Shown here piece by piece: positions 26,017-38,544 of a stretch of DNA of 64,000 nt (positions are counted from its first letter, which is position 1; every line of letters begins with the position of its first letter). A model generated the notes under the pieces. The model was not told the DNA's origin. It saw only the letters and a program-made list of their open reading frames with translations, and made no database searches. The stretch spans positions 112,034,001-112,098,000 of the forward strand of contig OX597823.1 of assembly GCA_951406725.2 (NCBI GenBank), read 5' to 3'. The position numbers were made by a program, and so were the translations under genes. The DNA is from Octopus vulgaris. Taxonomy: Eukaryota.

Positions 26017-26213
26017 CGGGAAGGTTTACGAAAATAAACAAAAGACGAAGGCAGGTGGAGTACAAACAAATAATGTATTAGTATGGCGCTCAGGAATAGA
26101 AATAAAACAAGTCTTTTACGTTTCGAGCCTACGCTCTTAGACAGAAAGATACACAGAAAAGAAACAAGGAGAGAAAAAAATTGCGTGTAGGGGCTAACGA
26201 TCCAACATGGCGA
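26013..26213 (-). mobile_element. TA-flanked hammerhead-like element, family B
   Basis: Between two long (TA)n tracts; minus strand tcttt-ctgtcta-a-gagc-gtag-gctc-gaaacg-ta-aaaga. Confidence 0.8.
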
Positions 26214-26223
26214 TATATATATG

Positions 26224-26298
<75 letters not shown>

Positions 26299-26309
26299 AT
26301 ATATATATA

Positions 26310-26524
26310 AGCAGCAGAAAATTCAACAAAACCTGAGTTTCACGTTCCCGTTCGTCGGACAGTTTTTGCTGATTCTAGCAAAAACTGTCCGACGAACGGG
26401 AACGTGAAACTCAGAGTAACAGGTTTTGTTAAATTTTCTGCTGCTTTAAATAAAGCATATTACTATACCACTGGTATTTGAGTACTCTTTTTTCCACATT
26501 GTTTCACATTTATGTGTTTACTCC

Positions 26525-26559
<35 letters not shown>

Positions 26560-26620
26560 TATACCACTGGTATTTGAGTACTCTTTTTTCCACCTTGTTT
26601 CACATTTATGTGTTTACTCC

Positions 26621-26623
<3 letters not shown>
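26310..26623 (+). mobile_element. TA-flanked fold-back element with hammerhead-like motif and duplicated 3' end
   Basis: Inverted arms 26310-26370 / 26378-26447; motif at 26385-26422; 3' ~66 bp repeated at 26461-26527 and 26557-26623. Confidence 0.85.
26385..26422 (+). ncRNA. Minimal hammerhead-ribozyme-like motif (U4C core variant)
   Basis: ctgt-CCGACGA-acg(ggaa)cgt-GAAA-ctc(a)gag-TA-acag: stem I ctgt/acag, stem II acg/cgt, short stem III, GUA triplet. Confidence 0.6.
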
Positions 26624-26676
<53 letters not shown>

Positions 26677-26985
26677 TATATACATATATATAATAATGTA
26701 ATAAATAAAATATATGCATACATACATATATGTACGTACCTATATCTACATGTATATATACATGCATATATAAATATATATATGTGAGTACAGGACACCA
26801 CAAATAGACGTAGAACTCAACGAGAAACGAAAACATAAAAACAAGGGAACGGACTTTTTTTAACAACGAAAAAACAGAACACAGGACAAACAACACAAGG
26901 AATATTCCCCATCATCAGCTGTCCCCGGTTTGACTCCATGCGTGTTTCTTCGTTTCGTTTCGTTTCTTTCCTTTCTCCCAGTATG

Positions 26986-27032
<47 letters not shown>

Positions 27033-27052
27033 ATATATATAATTATTATTTG

Positions 27053-27338
27053 AGGGAATAAAATCCAAACTTACACGGAAAAAATTAAATTCAGAAATAC
27101 TAAATCAAATTTCACACAATATAATATATATATATAAAATCAGAAAAAAACCCCACCTTTTATCAATTCAAAATGAACAATTAAATTACACCATCTAGAA
27201 AATTACATATAATAGAAATATTAAAATTAAAATAACATTTTAATTTTAGTATTTCTATTATAAGTAATTTTCTATAAGGTGTAATTTAATTGCTCATTTT
27301 GAATTGATAAAAGGTAGTTTTTTTTCTAATTTTTTTAT
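27053..27338. mobile_element. TA-flanked fold-back element, family D (gggaataaaatccaaacttacagggaaaaa-type terminus)
   Basis: Hairpin arms ~27140-27232 / 27237-27335; same terminus at 30910-31035, 45921-46322 and 48720. Confidence 0.75.
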
Positions 27339-27350
27339 ATAAACATATAT

Positions 27351-27399
<49 letters not shown>

Positions 27400-27401
<2 letters not shown>

Positions 27402-27594
27402 TAATCCAAACATGAAAACACAAAAAGAAAACACAACAACGCGAGGACGTGGAACAAATATAGTATTATTGGACGCTCAGGAAGGAAGGGAAGAAGGAGG
27501 GTTTAACGTTTCGAGCGGAGCTCTTCGTCGGAAACATAGGAGAAGGAAAGATCCAGAGAAGGGAAGACAGAGGAAAAAAAATCGCCAACGGTAC
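27400..27594 (-). mobile_element. TA-flanked hammerhead-like element, family A (best-preserved copy)
   Basis: Minus 27535-27501: gttt-CCGACGA-a-gagc(tcc)gctc-GAAAC-g-TT-aaac. Confidence 0.88.
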
Positions 27595-27866
27595 TATACA
27601 CATATATATACATGTATGTATGTATGTATGTACGTATGTATGTGTATATATATATAATATATACATGCATAAGTATAAGCAAATAAAATGTTATATGTGT
27701 ATGTGTGTGAACGTATGAGTGTGTTTACGAGTGACTAAATACATATCTCATTTCTTTTTTATCTATTACTAATTTCTGAGCTATTGTTAACTTGAAATTT
27801 TCTTTGACGTACGATAGTTTTGATGTAGTACTTCTTTTCTCGAGATACTCTGACTACGGTTGTTAC

Positions 27867-28154
27867 CAGTGGTTAACTGGCCAGGTTGCTAGCTTGCCCG
27901 ATGGCAAGTGGACCACTGCGCCATTTGAATCCATATATGGGGGCCCATGTTAGTATCTAAAAGGCCCATCCCCTCAAGTTTGAGAATTTTTATTCACTCC
28001 TGGAAGAATACATTAATTATTTCAGCCTGGCTGTGTTTGTAGACAGTTGAAAAGAATACCTTTAACAAAAAATATAAAAATGATAGCATTGTAGTTGCAG
28101 GTGGGCCCCCTTAGTTTCCTGGCAACCAATATTTTTAGACCCAGTCCGCCACTG
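27867..28154. mobile_element. hAT-type MITE
   Basis: TIRs cagtggttaactgg / ccagtccgccactg; 8 bp TSD gttgttac (27859-27866) and gttattac (28155-28162). Confidence 0.8.
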
Positions 28155-30113
28155 GTTATTACCCTTCCTTTTTTTTTTTCTAGTATTTATCTTACTGATA
28201 AAATAGAAATAACAAACTTCCTTTTCTTAACTGCTTATATAGAATGTTCTACGAAATTTACATGCAGTCCTCATTAATCTCTGCCTGCAAACTGATGTTG
28301 GTAAATAACAATTGATTAAATTTCTATTTTCTTCTGAAGATCTGGTGTTTCAAGGTGATTATGCAATCATCTTTGTAACGATTATCACACAACATATTAG
28401 TGTTTGCAAGTGAAACGCGTGTAAAGGTTATGTAATTCATAATGTAAAAATAACGTGTTTAATTAAATCTCCTGTTTTATTCAGCCTTCGGATATACATA
28501 CTGCAAATTATTCAGATGTATGTAATACCAAAAGCAGATCGGAGGAGAAATTGTGGGCAATACTTGACAGAAAGTTGGATATACATGGATTTACATGTAG
28601 TCCTAGGTATCGATTAATAGTTATGTTATCTCATTCGAAATGGTGATTATTCAACACACACACACACATGCATGTTTGAACGTGTGCGTATGGTGTGTGT
28701 ATATATGTATTTATGTATCTTTACGAGGTTAAATTTTGTGATATCGATATATATTCATATTTTTATTCTTTACCAAAATACTGAAATTCCTTCTATTTTC
28801 TTTCTTTTTTTTTTTTTTGGTGTAAGTATTTTTTGACTGAAACACAAATTATATAAATTATAAATTTATGCTTCTTTATATGAGAGTGTAGCAAGCGTTG
28901 TTATGACTAAATGATAATAAAAGGAACAGAGTATAGTTACGTCCCCTCATTCTATTGTCGGTAGTTGGCGCTTTGATGGTTCTGTACTCCCGGCAGTCTT
29001 TGCGACATAGCATTTTCCACTGGAAATATATATAAACTCCAAACTGACATTTAGTCTCTCGTATTTTATTCGGCACGACTCTCACTGGAGACCGAACTCT
29101 TGACACCTGGCTCTCGGAGTGGTTGGTTCACTTTGATCTTAGCCCTTACAGCAACATCATTATGCAGCTGGCGCATTCCTTAATCTCTTGTTTCAGCACG
29201 AATCCCATAAGATGAACCTTTAACCATTAATGCCAACTGGCTTATTCTCCAGCCAACTACCGACCAACTAGTTTTCACTAGCTATGAAACAATCACATTT
29301 GTACACCTTTTACAATTTCACATGCACTTTTGTAAAAACGTAGTTATATAAAAAAATGTTATCTAGACTTTGACAATGTTATTTGTCACAACCAAGTACA
29401 TGCAGCTTAACACGACACAAACAACAAAACTGGCTTCATGTCCGACTCCACACTAAAAGATTTTAGCTACGTTTGTCTGTCTCCTGTCCAAGCTTCATTT
29501 ACGAGTTCCCCCACCACAACTACGTTTAGGCTTAGCAGCCCTTCCTGTATATAATAATATATATAAGACTGCCTTTAATTTATATAAGATATATCTACAT
29601 ATAGAGAGAGATATACAGATACTGGGAGGTAAGATGTTCATGCATAAACATAGAGATAAGACATGAAAATATATACTTAGGTACACGTGCTGATACAAAT
29701 AGATATGTGCACACAATAAGTCTTATATATGACGTGTTTATACTTACATTTATGCACCTATACAAACACATACATATAGAAATACATATATGCATTTATA
29801 TATGTATGTGTTTATATAGATAAAACTTACTTGCAAATGGATGCGTGGCGTTCAATCATATAACAATATTAAAAAAATACATATATGCATATATACATAC
29901 ATATATGTACATACCTACATATATATACATATATGGGTACAGGACGTCAAAAAAACGTGAACAACATCAAAAACGAGAACAGGAAAAACAAAAACATGGA
30001 AAACGATTTTTTTTTCGAACAACGAAAGAAACAAACCCACTTATGCATGTGTATATACATACATATGTAGGTATGTACATATATGTATGGATATAGGCAT
30101 ATATATATTATTC

Positions 30114-30162
<49 letters not shown>

Positions 30163-30324
30163 ATGTATGTATGTACGTATATATTTATTTATATATATCT
30201 ATTTATATATATATATTGATAAAACTTACCTGAAATAGGGATGCATGACGTTCCATCATCTAATAATATAAATAATATATATGCATATATACATACATAT
30301 ATGTACACACATACGTATATATGC

Positions 30325-30897
30325 CTATGTGCGCACAAAGCGTCTTGAAAAGTGTACAACAAAAAAAATACGAAGTACGAGAACATGGAATATGAACTAT
30401 TTTTTTAACAACGAAAGACACAAATGGAAAACAAGACAAACTACATTGATGGTCGATGGTCACGTGACCATCGGTCATCTTTCTTTCTCCTCCTAACTTG
30501 TGTTTCTTTCTCTCCGTTGTAGCTGGAACAAGGAAGACGTGTTCTTGTCTGTCTCCTGTCCAAGCTTCATTTACGAGTTCCCCCACCACAACCTCATTTA
30601 GGCTTAGCAGCCCTTCCTGTTTGTTTTCACTGTTCTGTTTGTGTTACCAATTTTGACCCTCCGCAAAATCTCAAATTTTACTTAATTTGCAACTGTTTTA
30701 TCCAAAGCGTATATTGTTGTAAAATGCGCGAAATATGAGAATAGAAAAACAGCCAACAACTGATGAAAGGTCATGTTTTATGTTATTTTTGTATGCCATT
30801 TGTGTCTTTCGTTGTTCAAAAACATTGTTCATATTCCATGTACTCGTACTTCGTATTTTTTTGTTGTACATGTTTTGTGACATCCTGTGCCCACATT
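30325..30897. mobile_element. TA-flanked element, family C, with ~110 bp terminal inverted arms
   Basis: 30325-30435 is roughly the reverse complement of 30790-30897; internal palindrome cgatggtcacgtgaccatcg near 30454-30472. Confidence 0.75.
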
Positions 30898-31067
30898 ATG
30901 CATATATATAATTGATAAAAGGTGTTTTTTTCTAATTTTTTCTATATATATATATATTATATTGAGTGAAATTTGATTTAGTATTTCTAAATTGAATTTT
31001 TTCCCTGTAAGTTAGGATTAATATTCCCTCAGATAATTATATATATATATATATGTACCTCTTTCCT

Positions 31068-31209
<142 letters not shown>

Positions 31210-32469
31210 CATATATGTACATATATAATTGCATATTCATCCATATTTCTATAGCTATTATCTGCAAAGGTTATGTCTCTCTTCCATTTTACATGTGAAT
31301 GAAACTTCTCAAGCTACCCAGACAAATGTATCCATTGAGCCAACTATTCCTGTAATCCACATACCCCCCACCACACAATTCCAAACTCTGCTTTGAAAAG
31401 TTACTTACAATTTATAGGTTACACTTGTCTTACGGAATGAAAAACCACATACTTAATAAACATTAACAACAAGAAAAATAACGAAAAAATCAACAACAAC
31501 AATCCAAAAATAATTGAAAGTAAATTGAAAGAAAAACTAAATAGAAGTCTACTGAAAAAATAAAGTGTTTCTTTCCGGAATATTCCATTTATATACCAAT
31601 ATTCATGGCTTTGATTTCTTACAAGTTCTTACACTATTTGTTTTAATGGAGACATAGAATTACTTGTGAACAATCTCTTGCTCTCAGATAGAATATTTAT
31701 ATTGAATTCATTGCATTATACATAGATGTATATATGAATATATTAATATAAGAATATGTATATACATATATACACGCACGCACATACATATACAAATATA
31801 CGTATAAATAAACAGATATGTGGTGTGTGTTCGTGCAGGTTTTTGTGTTAGCGTATGTGTAAATATGTAACTATATTTGTTTGTTTGGCCTCTGTCCATT
31901 TATATAATTATGAAATTCATGAGAATGTCTCCAATTTCAGACAAAAACATCGTAAAATCTAAAAAGAAAGAAATGGAAAAAAAGCTAAAAATTATACTAC
32001 AAGGGAATAAATTAAAGAAAATATATCAAATAAAAATAAAAGCCCTGTAGACAAACACGAAAACTAATAATAAATAAAAGTTTATCAAACAATAAATATG
32101 ATTTTTCACTATATATATACATACAAATATCATTATGGAATTGTAAGTTGGAGTCTATGTATATTCACGTACATTTCAACAAGCTTGTGTACGCATACAA
32201 ATATACACATTTTATAAACTAATTTGAGGGAAAAAAATAAATTATTACTTTATCATAGAAATAATTGTCAGTGCATTTCCTTGGTTAAAAAGCGATGTAT
32301 AACACAATTCTCATGGAAGAATATGTCCGAATTTTGAAGATTATAACTATATTTCTTAGAAATGAAAGGCAAAGAGTAAATATAAATAGTGTTGTGTTGA
32401 GTCAAAAGTTTTGCAATATTTTGGTAACTTATCGACTTTGTTTGTTTAGTTACAACAAGAGTACCCAAG

Positions 32470-32605
32470 TGTTCGAATTAGAGGTCATCGTTTTGCACCA
32501 TCTGAAGCCACCTTTCTGCCAGTTCTTTGATCCCATGTTGAAACCTGTGGTCGTCCTTCAAGGCAAAGAATTCTTCACTGAGGTTTCTTGGCTGATGACG
32601 TATTG
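32470..32605 (-). pseudogene. mariner transposase C-terminal fragment
   Basis: EEFFALKDDHRFQHGIKELAERWLQMVQNDDL resembles the mariner ending FF..K...FY..GI..L..RW..V....G.Y. Confidence 0.6.
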
Positions 32606-32630
32606 CAAGCTCAGGAAGTGAACCACGAAT

Positions 32631-33110
32631 CATCATCATCATCATCATCATCTTTTAAAGTCCGCTTTCCATGCTAGCATAGGTTGGACGGTTTGACTGA
32701 GGACTAACGAACCAGACGACTGCGCCAAGCTCCAATCTGATCTGGCAGAGTTTCTACATCTGGATGCTCTTCCTAACGTCAACCACTCCGAGAGTGTAGT
32801 GGGTGCTTTTATGTGCCACCTGCACGAGGGACAGTCTGGCGTTACTGGCAATGGCCATGCTCGAAATGGTGTTTTTTTTTACATGCCACCTGGACAGGAG
32901 TCGGTCCAGCGGCACTAGTAACTACCTCGCTCGAATGTTTTGTTCACGTGCCAGTAAGGTGGACGCTGGTAACGATCCCGCTCAAATGGTGCATTTTACG
33001 TGCCCACCGGCACAGAAGCCAGACAGCTGCTCTGGCAGTGATACCACTCGGATGGAGCTGTTAGAGCTCCACTGGCACGGGTGTCAGTCATCGAATTTGG
33101 TTCAGTTCAT
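32631..33110 (-). mobile_element. RTE-tail SINE with internal tandem ~65 bp units
   Basis: (CAT)n tail; repeated gtgc-tttta-(c/t)gtgccac units. Confidence 0.88.
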
Positions 33111-33184
33111 TTCATTTCGTATCAGAGCAAGTAATAATCCAAGGGAGGTAAGCCTGGACTATATTCTGGATGTGACGTCAGTCG

Positions 33185-33900
33185 GTATCTCTCACAGTCT
33201 TCTTACTCTTTGATGCACTTTTTCCAGTTTATCCACAAGTTTGCTTATTCCACTGGAGAAGAAGACTTTTGGCTGGTTACACAACCATTTATGAACCACT
33301 TCCTCTGCTTCTTCATTCTTAGTAAATCAACGACTTCATAAAAGATGTTTGAGCAGTCCAAAGAGTTCATAGTCAAAAGATGTAAGATCTGGACTGTACG
33401 CAGGGTCTTCCACCAATTCAGGACTAAATTTTTCAATGGTTTTCAATCCTGTGGGCCACCATATATGGTCGTGTAGTATCATGCAACATTATCACTTGTT
33501 TTGGTGATAGATTTTGATGTTTGGTGTAAGCTACAGCATTTCACTGTAGCCTATACTGGTGACTGTTGATCTCTTTTCCAGGCAAGGTTCCAGTATAGGC
33601 CCTTTTTCATTAAAATATAAAATGCTTAGCATCACTTTTTCTGCAGACGATTGCATCTTGAATTTCTATTTTTGCTGGCGATTCTGGATACTCCACTCCA
33701 TACTCTGCCTTTTGGATTCTGGCTTTAAGTGATGGTCCCAGGTTTCGTCTCCTGAGACTATCCTCTCCAAAAAAGCTTTGCCTTCATCATTATAGCACTT
33801 GAGTAATCATCAACGGATCTCCACACACTTGTGCTTATGCTCTTCTGTTTAGTTCTCACACAGACTTTGGGGTTAAGTTTCACTGCACGGCACCTGGGCA
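33185..33900 (-). pseudogene. mariner (DD34D-like) transposase remnant
   Basis: AFLERIVSGDETWDHH..PESKRQSMEW..SAEKVML..PYSPDL(T)S..YELFG..EEAEEVVHKWLCNQPKVFFSSGISKLVDKLEKCI; frameshifted. Confidence 0.85.
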
Positions 33901-34199
33901 ACTACTTTCTGTCACAACCCCAGTTCACTCATACCTTTCTGGATTGGTTTGATAGAAAGAAAGAAGCCCATCATATCTATCTGTGTGTGTGTGTGTGTAT
34001 TTGACTATGTTTTATTCTTTATTTTGGCATTGCAGTGTCATAGTTGTAAAAGAGCATCACTGTCATAAGTATTGCCATTCCTTTCCAATATTCTATGAGA
34101 ATATATCTGGTCATGTGGAATTTAACCTTGCTTGGAAACATGCGACATTTAGCAACAGGAAGGGCCTTTGACTTTTGAATATCTGCAACTACCAAAAGT

Positions 34200-34900
34200 C
34201 TTACAGTCTATTTGTGGTTTAAAGAAATTTGAGTCTTGATTGCACTGGTATTACCTCATTGCAAGAGAAGACGACACTGGATTCCCCTTCGTAGACACTG
34301 AAAGCAACTTTGAGATGCCCAATTTCCTGGCTAGATTTCTTCTTAACCTGAAGCAGTTACATGTTCTGGGCAAATACAGAATTTGGTTATCATGAGTCTG
34401 CAGTCACTTCAGCAGTTAGCACCTGACATGGTCTTGATTCCCCTAACAACCTGCCGTTTTTTCCTAACAATGACGTCATCAATAAAATGCCAGTTACTAG
34501 GGCAAGCACCCAACACTTGAAGACCATTCTCATTGCACTTAGCAGCATAATTTCTTTGATTTCCTCTTAGCTATTATAGTCAGATCTGATGTAGCCCAGA
34601 AGAGTAAGCTTGTCTTTGCTTGGAACAAATCTAATAATGAAATTAAGTGCTTCATAAAACTTTTCTTTGACTTCCTACACAGATAATGGCAATGTCATTT
34701 AGCTGAAAAAGGAAGCTGTAATGTCATGAGTCCCCTAACTCATGTAGATTTTCAATGTTGTGAACATTCCAGAAAGTGTAACACATTAATATATCTGTTA
34801 ATTGACCTTCTTCAGTTAAGTGTGCCTCATTCAAAGCTTACAATTTCCATGCCATATCTTGTGAATTACCTGGCAACCAAAATTATTCTTTCTCTGGTCT
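34200..34900 (-). pseudogene. RTE (BovB-like) endonuclease remnant
   Basis: LMTLQLP..EVKEKFYEALNFIIRFVPSKDKLTLLG..NWHFIDDVIVRKK..KTMSGANC*SDCRLMI, matching RTE APE motifs. Confidence 0.7.
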
Positions 34901-34975
34901 TCTGAAAGGAGAAGTGTGACTGAATAATCCTTGTTTAAATTTATCATTGTATTAAATTTATCTTATATCTTACAT

Positions 34976-35630
34976 TTCCATGCCGGTGGCACGTAGAAGG
35001 GCACCATTCCAGTGTGATCATTACCAACGTCGCCTTACTGGCACCTGTGCTGGTGACATGTGTAAAAAGATTCGAGCGAGGTCATTGCCAGTACCGCCTG
35101 ACTGGCCCCCATGCCAGTGGCACGTAAAAAGCAACCACTACACTCTCGGAGTGGTTAGCGTTAGGAAGGGCATCCAGCTGTAGAAACTCAAGACTGGAGC
35201 CTGGTGCAGCCATCTGGTTCGCCAGCCCTCAGTCAAAATCATCCAACCCATGCTAGCATGGAAAGCGGACGTTAAACGACGACGACGATGATGATGATGA
35301 TGATGTATTTCCATTATATTCGTGCATGATGTTAAAGTTTGATTTGTAAGTGATGACTTCTCAGCATCATTTAACGTCTGCTTTCCCTGCTGGCATGGGT
35401 TAGACAGATTGAATGAAACTGGTAAGCCCTTCCCAACACCAACGACTCCAAGAGTGTCATGGGTGCTTCTTATGTGCCACCAGCACAGGGGCTATTTACA
35501 TGACCCTGGCAACGGCCACGATTGTGGTTTCACTTGGCTTGATGATTCTTCACAATCCCAGCATATTGCCAATGGTCCAGTCACTTGTCATTGACTCCAT
35601 GAAGCCCAACATTTGAAGATCATGCCGCAG
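34976..35630. mobile_element. Two RTE-tail SINEs tail-to-tail (34976-35305 +, 35363-35630 -)
   Basis: Shared ggaaagc(g/a)gacgttaaa terminus in opposite orientations about 60 bp apart. Confidence 0.85.
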
Positions 35631-35734
35631 GCAATGGTTACAATTACAATTTCACACAACACCAGCAAAAGCTACAACTACGGTTTCATTTGGCTTCATG
35701 GGCCTTCTCAAGTAGCACTACTGCTTTGAATATA

Positions 35735-35933
35735 TTACTCTTTTACTCTTTACTCTTTTATTTGTTTCAGTCATTTGACTGTGGCCATGCTGGAGCACCG
35801 CCTTTAGTCGAGCAAATTGACCCCAGGACTTATTCTATCAGGCTATTTTGCCAAACCGCTAAGTTACGGGGACGTAAACACACAAGCATCGGTTGTCAAG
35901 CGATGTTGTGGGGACAAACACAGACATGCACAA

Positions 35934-35966
<33 letters not shown>

Positions 35967-36137
35967 CATATATACGACGGGTTTTTTTCAGTTTCCATCT
36001 ATCAAATCCACTCACAAGGCTTTGGTCGGCCCGAGGCTATAGTAGAGGACACTTGCCCAAAGTGCCACGCAGTGGGACTGAACCCAGAACCATGTGGTTG
36101 GTAAGCAAGCTACTTACCACACAGCCACTCTTGCGCC
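35735..36137 (-). mobile_element. CORE-like SINE, full length
   Basis: Reverse-complement match to 18694-19107. Confidence 0.92.
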
Positions 36138-36290
36138 TATTTTCCCTACACATTGCTAAACGCTTTCTAACCTTAATAAAAAATGCATTTCCTAATCAAC
36201 CACCAACACAGAAAACAATTCAATAAAACAATCTTGAACCAAGTTACAGTTGTTCTACCAATAATAAGGCTTAATTACATGGAAACCAGC
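36138..36290 (+). pseudogene. Penelope-like RT/linker remnant
   Basis: HIAKRFLTLIKNAFP..HRKQFNK..SYSCS resembles the PLE pattern N.GK.FL.LI.KHFP....HKIFN.N..K.SYSC. Confidence 0.55.
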
Positions 36291-36813
36291 TAAATTAATG
36301 GAGGGCAACTGTTCATGGGGAAACACTTTAAGTAATAGCACTCTGTCTGTCTCTGTTGCTCTCTCTCTCTCTCTCTCTCTTTTTCTCTTTCTACCTCTCA
36401 CCCGCTGTCTCTTAAGGTGGGGCAAAGCAGGTTCTTGTAGAGGATCTATGTGGCTACTTTTATTTACATGAGAAAGTGAGAATCAATCGGTAGATGCAAA
36501 GATTTAGTGAATCATTCAGCTACCATTTTTATGCCATATTTTGGGAACTACCTGGTAGTATTTAGTATCTCTTTGCGTGTCTACTGATTAATTTTCCCTC
36601 TAAACAAGAGTAGCCAACAACTTGTTCTACCCCCAACTCCTTCTCATAGCTTAACCTTTCCCTAGCATAAAGTCACTCCACCTCCTGAGGTTTTGTAGTC
36701 TTATGAGCTACATGGGGACTTCACTAGTGCCATTGATGTGTGAAAGGCACCCACGATATGCAGTAAAGGAGTTGTCATTAGGAGAGACATCCAACCAAAG
36801 AAACCATGCCAAA

Positions 36814-37563
36814 ATATATATAAAATGTTCCTTCTCGAGCCATGCCAGGCTCACAAGGGCCGGTTTCCCAGTTTCAGTGGCATAGAAATTCCCCACCTGG
36901 ATGGGACGCTAGTCTGTCGCAGGATTACTCACTTTGGCCAGCTGAGTGGACTGGAGCAACGTGAAATGAAGTGTTTTGCTCAAGAACATAACACATCACC
37001 CGGTCCAGGAATTGAAACCACAACCTTACGTTCATGATGCTGACACCCTAACCTATTTCTTTACTACCCACAAGGGGCTAAACAGAGGGGACAAGCGAGG
37101 ACAAACAAAGAGATTAAGTCGATTACATCGACCCCAGTGCATAACTGGTACTTATTTAATCAACTCCGAAAGGATGAAAGGCAAAGTCGACCTTGGCGGA
37201 ATTTGAACTCAGAACGTAACGGCAGACGAAATACGGCTATGCGTTTCACCCAGCGTGCTAACGTTTTGCCGGCTCACCCTAACCACTAAGCCACGTGCCT
37301 CCACACAAAAATAAATGTTCCTTCTCAAGCCATGCCAGGCTCATAGGGGCCAGTTTCCCAGTTTCAGTGGGGTAGAAATACCCCAGCTGGATGGGACGCC
37401 AGTCTGTCGTAGGATTACTCATTTTTGGCATCTGAATGGACTGGAGCAACGTGAAATGAAGTGTTTTGCTCAAGAACACAACACATCGCCCGGTCCAGGA
37501 ATCGAAACCACAACCTTGTGATCATGAGTTCGACACCTTAACCACTAAGCCATGCGCCTCCAC
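36814..37563 (-). mobile_element. Tandem dimer of V-like SINEs carrying a nested Meta-like SINE (37054-37278), inside an RTE-tail SINE
   Basis: 13 bp TSD aaaccatgccaaa at 36801-36813 and 37564-37576; caccctaacc repeated at 37044-37053 and 37275-37284. Confidence 0.88.
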
Positions 37564-38544
37564 AAACCATGCCAAAGCAGATCCTGGAGAATGATGCAGT
37601 CCTTGGACTTATGAAATCCTGTCAAGTCATTCAATACATTCCAGTATGGAAGATAGACACTAAATGATGATGATGATGATAATGGTGGTGGTGGTGGTGG
37701 TGGTGGTGGTAGTGGTGGTGGTGATGATTAAATGGCTAAACTACAGTTGTAAACTTTTAACTGTGAAAATCAAGCAGATGTGAATATTTCTTGTTACTCT
37801 CTTTGTACACCAGAAAGTAATGAGGAGCCACATCTGTTTAAAGTTACACAGTTAATGGCTTAAATTAAACTACTTTAAAATCATCTTAGATTTTTTAATA
37901 CATTCTGCGCTGCACATAAACATTTTATTTACTCACACACTCACGCACACATATAACCATATTTTTGTCATTATAAGATGCTATAATTGGCAAGTCTAAC
38001 AGTATAACCCTATATCTTTCTTATTATATCTGTTCACACTCATTGTATTAAATCTTGAGTGTACAGAATACAATTCATTTAAACTACTTTGTTACATTCT
38101 CTGACCTTTAACACAAGTGTCCTACATATTTTATACTTAAAACATTCAAGATGAGTGTATATGAAGTTAATTATATAGTGTATTGCTATTTAAAGTTTCT
38201 AAAAGTTAAATTATTTCTCTATAATTTCTTTTAAGATGGTCCATGTTAGAACATTTTAACTGGCACACCTAACATAGCAACTAATTTAATGTTGCCATCC
38301 AGCTTGCCAGGTTCTCTGTAGAGAAAAAGCAGTCAAATGTCTCTCAAATTACACCATGCTTCACAAAAGGAAGGACACATTAGATAATGTGACTGCAGAC
38401 ACATTGTCTGAAATAAAGACAGCATGGCTGTGGATGTAATGATTTCCATAATAGGGCTATTCATTCAGAGTTCAGCAAGATCTAAGCAACAACAAATCTA
38501 ATGCTTCTAGTAGAGTTTGTTCTATAAAAATACTTCACAACAAT

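Noticed and set aside
30755-30790. ctgatga in family C (also on the minus strand near 26915)
   Set aside because: I could not build a convincing stem II plus GAAA around it by eye, so no ribozyme is claimed.
32800-33085. CRISPR-like spaced repeats (also 59470-59630)
   Set aside because: Degenerate internal tandem units of a SINE in eukaryotic DNA; spacers are related to each other and there are no cas genes.
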